A DNA stretch of 32,000 nt from Candidatus Helarchaeota archaeon (GCA_029838215.1 JALGVI010000018.1:12096-44095), one strand, 5' to 3'. Positions 1 through 8,396 are shown, numbered from the stretch's first letter. Notes: a model not told the origin generated them from the sequence alone. Numbers and translations are program-made.

Positions 1-19
1 TCCTGCCGTTTTTTTATTC

Positions 20-976
20 ATGACATTTTCTTTTTGCGGATCGTTGCCTTATTGTTTATTGAGTCAAACGAACATGACTTCATCTATTCCCGATTTCACT
101 CAAGAATTAAGCTCACAACACGTAATGGACATAATTGAAAATTTATCCAGCCATGCCACTCGCAAGACAGGAACGAGTGGTTGTAATTCCTCCGCTTATT
201 ACATTCAATCATGGTTGCAAAACAATACCTCCTCTACGGTGAGCCTGCAATATTTCTCTTATGAATCTGAAGTTTCAATGAATGTCTTGGCTTCAGTCGG
301 AGATATCGGTCCGAGAATAATTATTTGCGCGCATTATGATTCCATTTCATACTCTGAGGTTGCTCCAGGTGCCAACGATGATGCAAGTGGCATTGCTGCC
401 GCATTGGAAGCATTCCGACTCTTGTCCAATCATTCTTCTGAATTAAACTATCAAATCATTTTTGCCGCTTTTGCGGGAGAAGAACAGGCTCTTTTAGGGT
501 CCCGCATTTTCGTTCAAAAACTCCTGCTCGAGCAGCAACCCATAATGGCGGTCATAAACATCGACACGGTCGGTTACGGCTTTTTCCAATCTCTATACTC
601 GAACTTGGCTTCTTTATGGCTCGCAGACATTCTAATGGAGGGTGCCTTTTCTTTTCAATTACCTTGCGTGAAAAGCATCATCGGCTATCCTGAAAACAGT
701 GCTGGAGATCACCAAAGCTTTTGGAACGTGAACATCCCTGCTGTCTTAATATACGAACACGGTCCCCAATATCCATTTTTCCACGGCGAACAAGACACAA
801 TTGATAAGGTGAATTTTGACCTTGTCAAGCAGGCAGCCTTGATATCATCAATTGGAATATATTTGTTAAATTCCCGTGGCTCCATATCAATTTCTCCCAT
901 TTTAATGTTTTTCGTCATGCTTCCAACCATCACGCTTGCAGGTGTTTTCTTTTTCATTTCAACTAAAAAACTATAG
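20..976 (+). CDS. M28-family zinc metallopeptidase (aminopeptidase-like) with C-terminal TM helix
   Basis: M28 metal-ligand style motifs are present (CAHYDS, ANDDASGIAAALE, FAGEEQALLGS, NIDTVG). The C-terminus is hydrophobic (LMFFVMLPTITLAGVFFFI). The frame stays open from the window edge to ATG 20, so the true N-terminus may lie upstream of the window. Confidence 0.8.
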   Translation: MTFSFCGSLPYCLLSQTNMTSSIPDFTQELSSQHVMDIIENLSSHATRKTGTSGCNSSAYYIQSWLQNNTSSTVSLQYFSYESEVSMNVLASVGDIGPRIIICAHYDSISYSEVAPGANDDASGIAAALEAFRLLSNHSSELNYQIIFAAFAGEEQALLGSRIFVQKLLLEQQPIMAVINIDTVGYGFFQSLYSNLASLWLADILMEGAFSFQLPCVKSIIGYPENSAGDHQSFWNVNIPAVLIYEHGPQYPFFHGEQDTIDKVNFDLVKQAALISSIGIYLLNSRGSISISPILMFFVMLPTITLAGVFFFISTKKL

Positions 977-1191
977 AATCCTCCCAATTTTCATTTGTGC
1001 TTGTATCTTTTTTCTATTGATTGCTAGTTATATTCCTATTATTTCAGCAAGTCAGATAAAATCGACAACGCACGATATCAACGGTTATTATCCATCTGAA
1101 TGGGAATGGTAATATTATTATATCATCTCCTTTTTTTTAACGTGGAATAAATGTAAACACACAAATAACTTTTGAATTAGAAAAGAACGTT

Positions 1192-2019
1192 TTGGTGTCA
1201 TTTTTGAAAACCCGCACAAAATCAATCGTAAAGCTGTTCTTACTTTTTTCAATTATATTTGTATTATTATCCGTGTTTCTCTCTTCTAATGCGTTCCTTT
1301 GTGAAGCCATCCCAAACAAGGATTTACTATCATATCACGTGGCTTCTTCCGATCCCGAAACTAAAAAATACGTTGAATATGAATTTGGAATAACAGACTT
1401 AAATACTTCTGGAATATTTGCCAATTTCACGCGTAAAAACACGACAGGCGATCTTGAAATTGTTCAAGATTACAAAATAGGACACGTCCTTAGTGGAGAA
1501 AAAGAGATGCAAGATTTCGAACAATTTTGGGAAGATTTACTTTCCTTTCATTTTCTATATTTCATTCAGGTCGTTGATTGGAGAATATTTCAGGATTATA
1601 TCTGTGTTTTCTTTTATCAAAGCTCTCCGTGGGAATCTATAAGTTATAATTCAAAAACAATCACAAAACTACATGATGATGTAATTTGGCATCAGAATGG
1701 TTTTAGAGCAATAAAATGGTTCAAAATCTGTTATTCTGCATCGAAAATCGGAACAAATACAAGTAGTGAAATTCATCTGGAATTTGTTTTTGATTTAAAT
1801 GGAGTACTTCTTCACCTGAAGAACACGACATTTAATTATAATGTTGAAAGTTATCGATCGACTCTTATAGGAACGGTACAAACAGATTATTATCTTATTT
1901 CTACGACATTACCATTATCTATTGGGTTTCCAATAGAAATTTGTTTTGCAATATTTGTTTTCTGTTTTATTGGGCTCATCATGATTTCGATTTATTCATT
2001 TAAAAAACGGAAGCAGTGA
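1192..2019 (+). CDS. Hypothetical secreted/membrane-anchored protein, sequon-rich
   Basis: TTG start. N-terminal hydrophobic segment (LFLLFSIIFVLLSVFLSS). C-terminal TM plus basic tail (ICFAIFVFCFIGLIMISIYSFKKRKQ). Several N-x-S/T sequons (NTSG, NFTR, NTTG, NTSS, NTTF). No family recognised. It ends 7 nt before the ABC ATPase gene. Confidence 0.6.
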   Translation: MVSFLKTRTKSIVKLFLLFSIIFVLLSVFLSSNAFLCEAIPNKDLLSYHVASSDPETKKYVEYEFGITDLNTSGIFANFTRKNTTGDLEIVQDYKIGHVLSGEKEMQDFEQFWEDLLSFHFLYFIQVVDWRIFQDYICVFFYQSSPWESISYNSKTITKLHDDVIWHQNGFRAIKWFKICYSASKIGTNTSSEIHLEFVFDLNGVLLHLKNTTFNYNVESYRSTLIGTVQTDYYLISTTLPLSIGFPIEICFAIFVFCFIGLIMISIYSFKKRKQ

Positions 2020-2026
2020 TTTTGAC

Positions 2027-2944
2027 ATGGCCATTGTCTTCAAAGAATTGACAAAAAACTACGGCAGGATTCAAGCGGTAAGGAGGCTTAAAGGTACTGT
2101 AAATAAGGGAATTGTTGGATTTTTGGGTCCAAATGGAGCAGGAAAGACAACCACGTTTAAAATGATAATGGGACTCATTCATCCAAGCTCGGGAAGTGCA
2201 GAGATTTTTGGTCATGATATCATTAAGGAAAGTATTTTATCAAGAAAGAATGTCGGGTTTCTTCCTGAGAGAAGTTTCTTATTTTTGGATAAAACCTGTT
2301 GGGATTTTTTGAAATACTCGGGAAAGCTAGCAGGGATCGCCGGACTGGACTTGAACCTTTGCATCAAGGATGCTCTAGATTCCGTAGGGATTGTTAAAAA
2401 ATGGTGGAAGAAAAGACTTAAGGTATTTTCAGCAGGTATGAGACAGCGAGTTGGCTTGGCAGCCACTATCATAAATCCTCATAATAGATTGATAATTCTT
2501 GATGAACCCACGGCAAATCTCGATCCAATAGGACGTCAAGAAGTCCTTGATAAGATAAAAGCATTGAATAAGTCGAAGGATTTGAATGTTTTCATGTCAT
2601 CCCATATCTTATCGGAAATAGAACAGGTTTGTAGTGAAATATTAATAATTCACGAAGGAGAAATCGTTTTATCGGGAAAAATCAGTGAATTATCGAAGTA
2701 TTTCTGCAAAGATCAACTTAAAATCAAAATTAGCAATAATGAACTGTTTCTAAAAGAGTTGGAAAAGGAGTTAAATTTTACCGTAGAAGAAAACGATGAT
2801 TTCTTGTTAATAAAAACAGAAAACGTAAGCCTTCTCCGCCAAATTAGCTCGAAAATTGTCAATAGGTGCGGATTGGAAATCCTGCACATGGAAGAAGTCT
2901 CTTTGAATTTGAATGAATTATTCAAAAAAATCGTGAAAAAATAA
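2027..2944 (+). CDS. ABC transporter ATP-binding protein (ABC-2 exporter type)
   Basis: Walker A GPNGAGKTTT, ABC signature FSAGMRQRVGLA, Walker B LIILDEPTANLD, H-loop SSHIL. Confidence 0.9.
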   Translation: MAIVFKELTKNYGRIQAVRRLKGTVNKGIVGFLGPNGAGKTTTFKMIMGLIHPSSGSAEIFGHDIIKESILSRKNVGFLPERSFLFLDKTCWDFLKYSGKLAGIAGLDLNLCIKDALDSVGIVKKWWKKRLKVFSAGMRQRVGLAATIINPHNRLIILDEPTANLDPIGRQEVLDKIKALNKSKDLNVFMSSHILSEIEQVCSEILIIHEGEIVLSGKISELSKYFCKDQLKIKISNNELFLKELEKELNFTVEENDDFLLIKTENVSLLRQISSKIVNRCGLEILHMEEVSLNLNELFKKIVKK

Positions 2945-2949
2945 GAGAA

Positions 2950-3864
2950 GTGAAAAGTATGTCTGGCAATTTCGAATTCAAGTTTCATCTAGTCTTTTTT
3001 GAAGAATTTTCCAGCAGGATTAAGAAAGTAACGTTTTTAATACCCGTTGTATTATTCATTATCATTCCTCTAATTCTTCAGTTTTCCATAATGCCCGCAA
3101 TAACGATCTTATCCGATTTTATATTAGGACTAAAAATGGTCTTCTCATTCATTGGTTTCACGTATTTAATTGGGATTGCAATACCAATATTTGTTCTACT
3201 TGAGAGTGTTTCATTTTTTTCACGTTTGATCAGTAATGGAACGATGCAGATATTGGTTGCAAAACCGATAAAACGGTGGGAAATATTCGCTGGTAAATTT
3301 CTGGACTTTTTTTCGGTATTATTTGCTTGTTTTTTTAGCTATCTACTAATTCAGACAATATCACTCGCCTTTCTTAGCAGTTTTTGCATTCAGCTTTTTT
3401 TGGGAATAACTTATATTTTCTTTCAAATCTGGATAACTGTATTTATTTTTGCGATTGTACTTTATAGCATGATGACAATGATTGATATTTTGGCATCTTC
3501 ACCTATTAAAAGTTTTATAATTAACATGATCTTTTTTCTAATTTATCCATTAGTGTTGGTCCCGCTAATAATTACATCAATGGAGACAATGATAATCTCA
3601 AATTTGAGTTTTAATCGATCTATAATCATTCCTTTTATTGATTTGCTTTATCTTTTTTGCATTCAGTACCATCCTTATACGATATTATATCATTCACTCA
3701 ATTATTGGATGGTTCAAACAGATCTATTTGGTTTGAGCTCAAATTTCCAACGATTGCTCTATCCCGGATCATTTCAATTCTCATGTTATCTTCTATTGAC
3801 GATGCTTATTTGTGCAAATACAATTAGCTTACTTATTTTTTCCAGAAAAGACTTGAATGATTGA
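2950..3864 (+). CDS. ABC-2 type transporter permease (putative)
   Basis: Starts 5 nt after the ATPase gene. The protein is almost entirely hydrophobic helices, with size and position typical of ABC-2 permeases. Start is GTG 2950 or ATG 2959. Confidence 0.7.
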   Translation: MKSMSGNFEFKFHLVFFEEFSSRIKKVTFLIPVVLFIIIPLILQFSIMPAITILSDFILGLKMVFSFIGFTYLIGIAIPIFVLLESVSFFSRLISNGTMQILVAKPIKRWEIFAGKFLDFFSVLFACFFSYLLIQTISLAFLSSFCIQLFLGITYIFFQIWITVFIFAIVLYSMMTMIDILASSPIKSFIINMIFFLIYPLVLVPLIITSMETMIISNLSFNRSIIIPFIDLLYLFCIQYHPYTILYHSLNYWMVQTDLFGLSSNFQRLLYPGSFQFSCYLLLTMLICANTISLLIFSRKDLND

Positions 3865-3865
3865 T

Positions 3866-5485
3866 TCATACTTCTTCTTCTCCTCCCTTGAAGAATCGTT
3901 TTACAAATTCAATTCCATCTTTTATCGTATCTCCAAGATTGCTTCTTTTTTCTGCAGCAGGGTCAAAAAGATCGATGATTCCACTGATCAGGATTTCACG
4001 AGCCGTATCAGCCATGTTGACTAATAGTTTTCTCCGTTCGTCTTTATCTATCAGGCTTAAAAACTCTAGAAATGCGTTATTTTGGGTGATTTTATTGGCA
4101 GTCCATGACTGCACGCGAGCCGAGCTGAAATAAGCCATGACAATAATGATGACAAAAATGAGCGTGAAAAATGCTAACCACGTGGTATATTGGCTTGAAT
4201 TCATCATCCCGAAATTTAGGAGGGGGATGGGAACGTAAAAATAAATGACAATGAACGGGCTCAGGTTTTGATAAAAGAAATAAAACGTACCTAGAAATAT
4301 TGCAAGGAACCAACTCATCAAGGCATCTCTTCTTCGAAAGAACTTCTTTTGAATCGAGCGCATGGATTTTTGCTTAGATTTCTTTTTTGGTCTTGTCGGC
4401 TTGCTTTCGTCGTCCTCAATGTTAATGATTATCACGTCTTCGTCGTCTTTTTTACTGTAAAATGCTTCTTCCTGCTTTCGTTTTTCCAAGAATATTCGTT
4501 TTAATCCATCCAGTTCTTCTTTTTCGAAGATCTCATGCCTTGTAATCATTTTATTTTTAGGATTAATTGCCTGTGCAAGCGCTATTATCACTACTGCTGT
4601 CAGTGCCATTATTGTAACAAGAGTGATTACATCAATGGAGAAGAAAAACAAGAAAAATAAAAGATAGACAAGAAGGTAACATGAAACTACTGAAAAAGAA
4701 AAGAAATCAAAGGACTTGTATTTATGATACCATGATTTATTAAGCGTGATGAGTAAAATCATGAAATATGTAATTAAACCGATTACGCCTAACGCCAAAA
4801 ATTCTACGAATCCTGATGTGAGATACCTAAAAAATATGTAAAGCGGAAAGAAGATTGATATTAGAGCAATTGTCTGAATCTCTTTTTGAAACATGATTTT
4901 ATTGTTTGGTTTTCCCATTGAGGATACTCTTGCTATCCAAGACACTTGAAATTCATGGATTATTAGATAGAAACCCATTACAACAAGTCCGATTGAAATT
5001 ATTACCATAGGGGTAATAATAAAAATGAATTGCAAGGTAATGAGATTTGGGATTACTGATGAAGCGAATAGGATGATGGCAAAGCTCAAAAAGCTGAGAA
5101 TATAAAAAAATGCGTTTCTGACACGGCTTGAAGGTGTCAAGAGGCTTATAAATCCCGTGAAAATCAAGGAGAATAAAACACCCAAGAAAAAGCAATTTGT
5201 AATGTGAAATGAAATCCCTATTGGAGTGAAAATTAGAAAACTTGAGATGATGATTAATGAAATGCTAAGGATAACGGCAAAAGTATAACCTAAATACCTT
5301 GTAAAAAGAACTTTGAGACCATCCAAGAAATGTTCTTTCAAATAAACATCTAAGGCTCTTTCAAAAAAAGGAACACGGTCCTTTTCTTCGAGAAGATCAT
5401 TTTTTCCCACGGTAAATCCATCCTGTAAAACGTAGATATCTACATAGATATCTACAAGCTTCATATTTAAAATTATTGTGTCCAA
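3866..5485 (-). CDS. Uncharacterised polytopic membrane protein (539 aa)
   Basis: Long ORF dominated by hydrophobic helices. It has one highly charged loop (KRKQEEAFYSKKDDEDVIIINIEDDESKPTRPKKKSKQKS) and a soluble C-terminal tail. Start is TTG 5485 or ATG 5464. No family recognised. Confidence 0.65.
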   Translation of the reverse strand: MDTIILNMKLVDIYVDIYVLQDGFTVGKNDLLEEKDRVPFFERALDVYLKEHFLDGLKVLFTRYLGYTFAVILSISLIIISSFLIFTPIGISFHITNCFFLGVLFSLIFTGFISLLTPSSRVRNAFFYILSFLSFAIILFASSVIPNLITLQFIFIITPMVIISIGLVVMGFYLIIHEFQVSWIARVSSMGKPNNKIMFQKEIQTIALISIFFPLYIFFRYLTSGFVEFLALGVIGLITYFMILLITLNKSWYHKYKSFDFFSFSVVSCYLLVYLLFFLFFFSIDVITLVTIMALTAVVIIALAQAINPKNKMITRHEIFEKEELDGLKRIFLEKRKQEEAFYSKKDDEDVIIINIEDDESKPTRPKKKSKQKSMRSIQKKFFRRRDALMSWFLAIFLGTFYFFYQNLSPFIVIYFYVPIPLLNFGMMNSSQYTTWLAFFTLIFVIIIVMAYFSSARVQSWTANKITQNNAFLEFLSLIDKDERRKLLVNMADTAREILISGIIDLFDPAAEKRSNLGDTIKDGIEFVKRFFKGGEEEV

Positions 5486-5762
5486 AACTCGGGTTTAATC
5501 CCTGAAACGCGGCAATTGAAACAATATACGTGAGTTATAGATAAGAATCTCCTAAAATTACGAATGAATGGGGATAATTCTCTGAATCCGTGGAAATTGG
5601 ATGAAAATCTAGGCGGTTTCACGAAGGATCTTGTTGTTGGTTATTGAATTTTGTTAAATTCGTGGAGGATTTAATCATGCTTCTTTGATGAAAAAATTTA
5701 AGTTAGAAAAATAGGTGGTGAAATTAAAAACTACTTCTCATTAAGTAAGTAGGTGTTTCATC

Positions 5763-6551
5763 ATGTCAGCCATCCTGAGTGTAGATAATGTCTCGATTAA
5801 CGTGGAAAATCAAAGGATAATTGAGCGTCTTAATCTTCACGTGCCCGAAGGTGAAAGCTATATCTTATTCGGACCGAATGGTTCCGGAAAATCCACATTT
5901 CTCAATGCCATCATGGGAGATCCGGGCTATGTTGTCTCTGAAGGCGACATCAAGTTTCGGGGTAAATCCATCGTGAATCTTGAAATGGATGAACGTGCGA
6001 GACTTGGAATCACTCTCAGTTATCAAAATCCCCCTGAGATTCAAGGCATTAAACTGAAAGATCTGCTGAAATTATGCTTGGGTAAGGACAGTAAAGATGA
6101 TTTTTCAGAAGAAGAAATGAAATACATCGAACGATTTCGCTTGAAAGAATTTCTTGATCGGGATATTAACATGGGTTTTTCTGGTGGTGAACGCAAGAGA
6201 TCTGAAATTCTTCAAATCATGTTTCTAAAGCCAAAGCTCTTGCTCCTTGATGAACCCGATAGTGGTGTGGATGTTGAAAGCCTGAAATTGATCTCGAAGG
6301 AATTAGACGCATATCTTAAAAAAACAAAATCCTCAGCAATTATCGTAACTCATCGCGGTGATATTCTTAAATACATATCAGTACAGAAAGCAGTCGTGCT
6401 TTTAGAAAATACCATGTATTGCTTTAGCAGTCCGGAAAATGTATACAAACAGATCCGTGAATTGGGGTATCGTGGTTGCATTGAATGCGATCATAAAATA
6501 AAATGCGAAAGAACGAATATTTTTTGCAAGGAGACAGACAACGTTGCCTGA
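5763..6551 (+). CDS. sufC: Fe-S cluster assembly ATPase SufC, with extra C-terminal Cys-rich tail
   Basis: Walker A GPNGSGKST, signature GFSGGERKRSEILQ, Walker B LLLLDEPDSGVDVES. AGGTG lies 10 nt upstream of the ATG. The tail is GCIECDHKIKCERTNIFC. Confidence 0.9.
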   Translation: MSAILSVDNVSINVENQRIIERLNLHVPEGESYILFGPNGSGKSTFLNAIMGDPGYVVSEGDIKFRGKSIVNLEMDERARLGITLSYQNPPEIQGIKLKDLLKLCLGKDSKDDFSEEEMKYIERFRLKEFLDRDINMGFSGGERKRSEILQIMFLKPKLLLLDEPDSGVDVESLKLISKELDAYLKKTKSSAIIVTHRGDILKYISVQKAVVLLENTMYCFSSPENVYKQIRELGYRGCIECDHKIKCERTNIFCKETDNVA

Positions 6552-7665
6552 AAAAATCTCAAAACTTCAGGAACTTCCTCATGAAATCCTAGAAGCCGCC
6601 TATAAAACTGGTATAGACGGCGAAACGAAAGGACGGGCAGGAACATTTTTCCACCTGGACCAGTCTACGGTATATTCGAAAATCAATGAAACATTTGAAA
6701 ACAAATTAGAGATGATGGATCTAAAAGATGCTCTGGCCAAATATGAGTGGCTAAAGAATTATCAATGGAACCTCGTGGACCCCGATAAAGATGCATTCAC
6801 GCAGAAAGTTTCTGATGAATATGGTGGTGGGTATTTTATTCGAATACTTCCACACGCCGAAATCGTGTTTCCCTTGCAATCGTGCTTATTTGTCCAAAAG
6901 AAAAATTTTGAGCAACGCGTTCATAACATAATCATTGCCGAAGAAGGTAGTAAGTGCCATATCATCACGGGATGTGTCATGCATCCTCACGCAGGGTCTG
7001 GTTCACACTTGGGAATTTCAGAAATTTACGTGAGAAAAAATGCAGAACTTAACTTCACGATGATCCATAATTGGACACCTGAAACCTTCGTTCGACCTCG
7101 GAGTGCCACGCTAGTCGAAGATGGCGGCAAATACGTGTCAAACTACATCTCATTAGAACCCGTAAAGGACGTGCAGATGTACCCTGCCGTGACATGCGAG
7201 GGCAACAATTCAATTGCGAGCTTAAATAGCATCATTTATGCTCATAAAGGCTCTCATCTGGATATTGGTTCAAAAATAATTCTAAAGGGAAAAAATAGCA
7301 ATGGCGAAGTGATGTCAAGGGTACTTGCAAAAGAAAGCTCTTCCGTGATTGCTCGTGGATACATTGCAGGTAATGGTGATGGCTCAAAGGGTCATCTTGA
7401 GTGCCGGGGACTCCTAATGGACGATGAATCTCAGATAATGTCGATACCTGAATTGCTGGCAACCCGGAAGAACATCGACTTGACTCATGAAGCCGCCGTT
7501 GGCAAGATCGCCGATAAAGAAATCACGTATTTAATGTCACGACGACTCTCACGAGATGAAGCTGTTTCTTTAATCATTCGTGGATTCCTAAATGTTGGAA
7601 TACTTGGACTGCCTCAAGAATTAAATGCAGAGATTCAAAAAATAGTCGATACTGTCATCGAATAA
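6544..7665 (+). CDS. sufB: SufB/SufD-family Fe-S cluster scaffold protein
   Basis: The C-terminal region matches the SufB/D beta-helix plus helical tail pattern (CRGLLMDDESQIMSIPELLA...DLTHEAAVGKIADKEITYLMSRRLSRDEAVSLIIRGF). The TTG start overlaps the sufC stop by 8 nt. Confidence 0.85.
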   Translation: MPEKISKLQELPHEILEAAYKTGIDGETKGRAGTFFHLDQSTVYSKINETFENKLEMMDLKDALAKYEWLKNYQWNLVDPDKDAFTQKVSDEYGGGYFIRILPHAEIVFPLQSCLFVQKKNFEQRVHNIIIAEEGSKCHIITGCVMHPHAGSGSHLGISEIYVRKNAELNFTMIHNWTPETFVRPRSATLVEDGGKYVSNYISLEPVKDVQMYPAVTCEGNNSIASLNSIIYAHKGSHLDIGSKIILKGKNSNGEVMSRVLAKESSSVIARGYIAGNGDGSKGHLECRGLLMDDESQIMSIPELLATRKNIDLTHEAAVGKIADKEITYLMSRRLSRDEAVSLIIRGFLNVGILGLPQELNAEIQKIVDTVIE

Positions 7666-7809
7666 ATTTTTCTTCTCTTTTTCAAGTCGAATTTATTATT
7701 AAACGTGCCCTTTTCGGATTTTTGATCGGTTCAGTCCTTGAGCTCATTTTTTATTCCGTATATTTATATTCATCAGATAAATATGCTTTAATGAAGCTCA
7801 TTCTAATCG

Positions 7810-8037
7810 GTGAAACGAATGAAAAGATGGTGTCCGTTTTGTGAATCCCTTTCATCAAAAAAAGTCGGACAGGGTTATTGTGAAAGATGCAGGCAGGATA
7901 TGTCTATTTTTCATTGTGATAAATGCGGCAAAACATTTTATTCTTGTAATCATGAACATGAGAAGTATGTCATCTGGGATTCCCCTAGCTCGAAGCGCTC
8001 GCAGGAGCCATCAAACTCCGCTGGCTCATTCGAATGA
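7810..8037 (+). CDS. Small zinc-ribbon protein (hypothetical)
   Basis: Three CxxC pairs: CPFC, CERC, CDKC. Start is GTG 7810 or ATG 7819. A T7 run at 8078-8084 lies downstream as a possible terminator. A competing overlapping ORF (7841-8086) lacks any motif. Confidence 0.45.
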   Translation: MKRMKRWCPFCESLSSKKVGQGYCERCRQDMSIFHCDKCGKTFYSCNHEHEKYVIWDSPSSKRSQEPSNSAGSFE

Positions 8038-8072
8038 ACAAGTAAGATTTGAAATTGATGGAAATTTCCTAG

Positions 8073-8213
8073 TTAAGTTTTTTTAGTCGTCTTCGTACAA
8101 TATTTATGGATGACGGAAAATTGTTTCTCAGATCGAGGACTGATGCAGCTGCAGCAATGACCATCAGAGCAAACTGAGAAACACACCTGACAGGAGTAAC
8201 TCTTAAATTCCAT
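8073..8213 (-). CDS. Candidate 46-aa Cys-rich micro-ORF (MEFKSYSCQVCFSVCSDGHCCSCISPRSEKQFSVIHKYCTKTTKKT)
   Basis: Hand translation of the minus strand gives ATG at 8213-8211 and TAA at 8075-8073. AAGGAG lies 11 nt upstream. There are 7 Cys and 2 His in 46 aa. It is below the ORF-track size cut-off. It overlaps strong RNA hairpins, so it may be non-coding. Confidence 0.25.
   Translation of the reverse strand: MEFKSYSCQVCFSVCSDGHCCSCISPRSEKQFSVIHKYCTKTTKKT
8123..8185. ncRNA. Extended hairpin, candidate small RNA (H/ACA-like geometry, family not established)
   Basis: Perfect 9-bp basal stem GTTTCTCAG (8123-8131) / CTGAGAAAC (8174-8182). Internal loop of 8 nt (8132-8139) and 6 nt (8168-8173). 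Upper stem of 6 bp CTGATG (8140-8145) / CATCAG (8162-8167). ACA at 8183-8185 follows the stem directly. No K-turn recognised. Confidence 0.25.
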
Positions 8214-8396
8214 TAAAATGGGCTCTCCTTAAGGAAAGAGGTACCTCCTCCCTATGATAGCGAGTCAGCTTACCCAAATGGAAGACAGGTTACTCACAAA
8301 AAAACTGGCAAAAACCCTGCATTCGAGAGAACTTGATTGAGAGACTGGTTTGACCAATCAATGAGATCAAGCGTTAGTGCTTGGGGCACAGCCAGT

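Noticed and set aside
906-1112. +1 frame stays open across the peptidase stop (after an A6 run at 965-970) and encodes a second hydrophobic helix (ILPIFICACIFFLLIASYIPIISA), a possible frameshift extension or small membrane peptide
   Set aside because: The peptidase ORF already has complete M28 motifs and its own C-terminal TM helix. There is no ATG or SD for an independent gene. The extension is short and of low complexity.
1900-2019. Possible archaeosortase PGF-CTERM sorting signal at the C-terminus of the 275-aa protein
   Set aside because: The sequence is SIGFPIE followed by a TM helix and KKRKQ. The PGF tripeptide is absent, so only a generic C-terminal anchor can be claimed.
7841-8086. 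81-aa ORF overlapping the zinc-ribbon ORF in another frame
   Set aside because: No motif is present, it is rich in Ile/Phe/Arg as expected for an off-frame reading, and it overlaps a frame that carries three CxxC pairs.
8140-8167. K-turn / K-loop (L7Ae site) or box C/D reading of CTGATG ... ATGACC ... CTGA
   Set aside because: The bases above the 6-bp upper stem read 5'-AG / 5'-GA rather than the tandem sheared GA/GA arrangement. The spacing between the box-like elements, with no D' box, does not fit the archaeal C/D architecture.
8090-8396. Tried to read the structured spacer as RNase P RNA or SRP RNA
   Set aside because: Only weak look-alikes are present: AAGGAAAGAGG (8231-8241) versus CR-I GAGGAAAGUCC, and CAGCTTAC (8266-8273) versus CR-V GGCUUAC. 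They lie only about 30 nt apart instead of at opposite ends. On neither strand is there an SRP helix-8 motif (GGAAG..AGCAGC with a GNAR loop) or a long 5'/3' helix 5.
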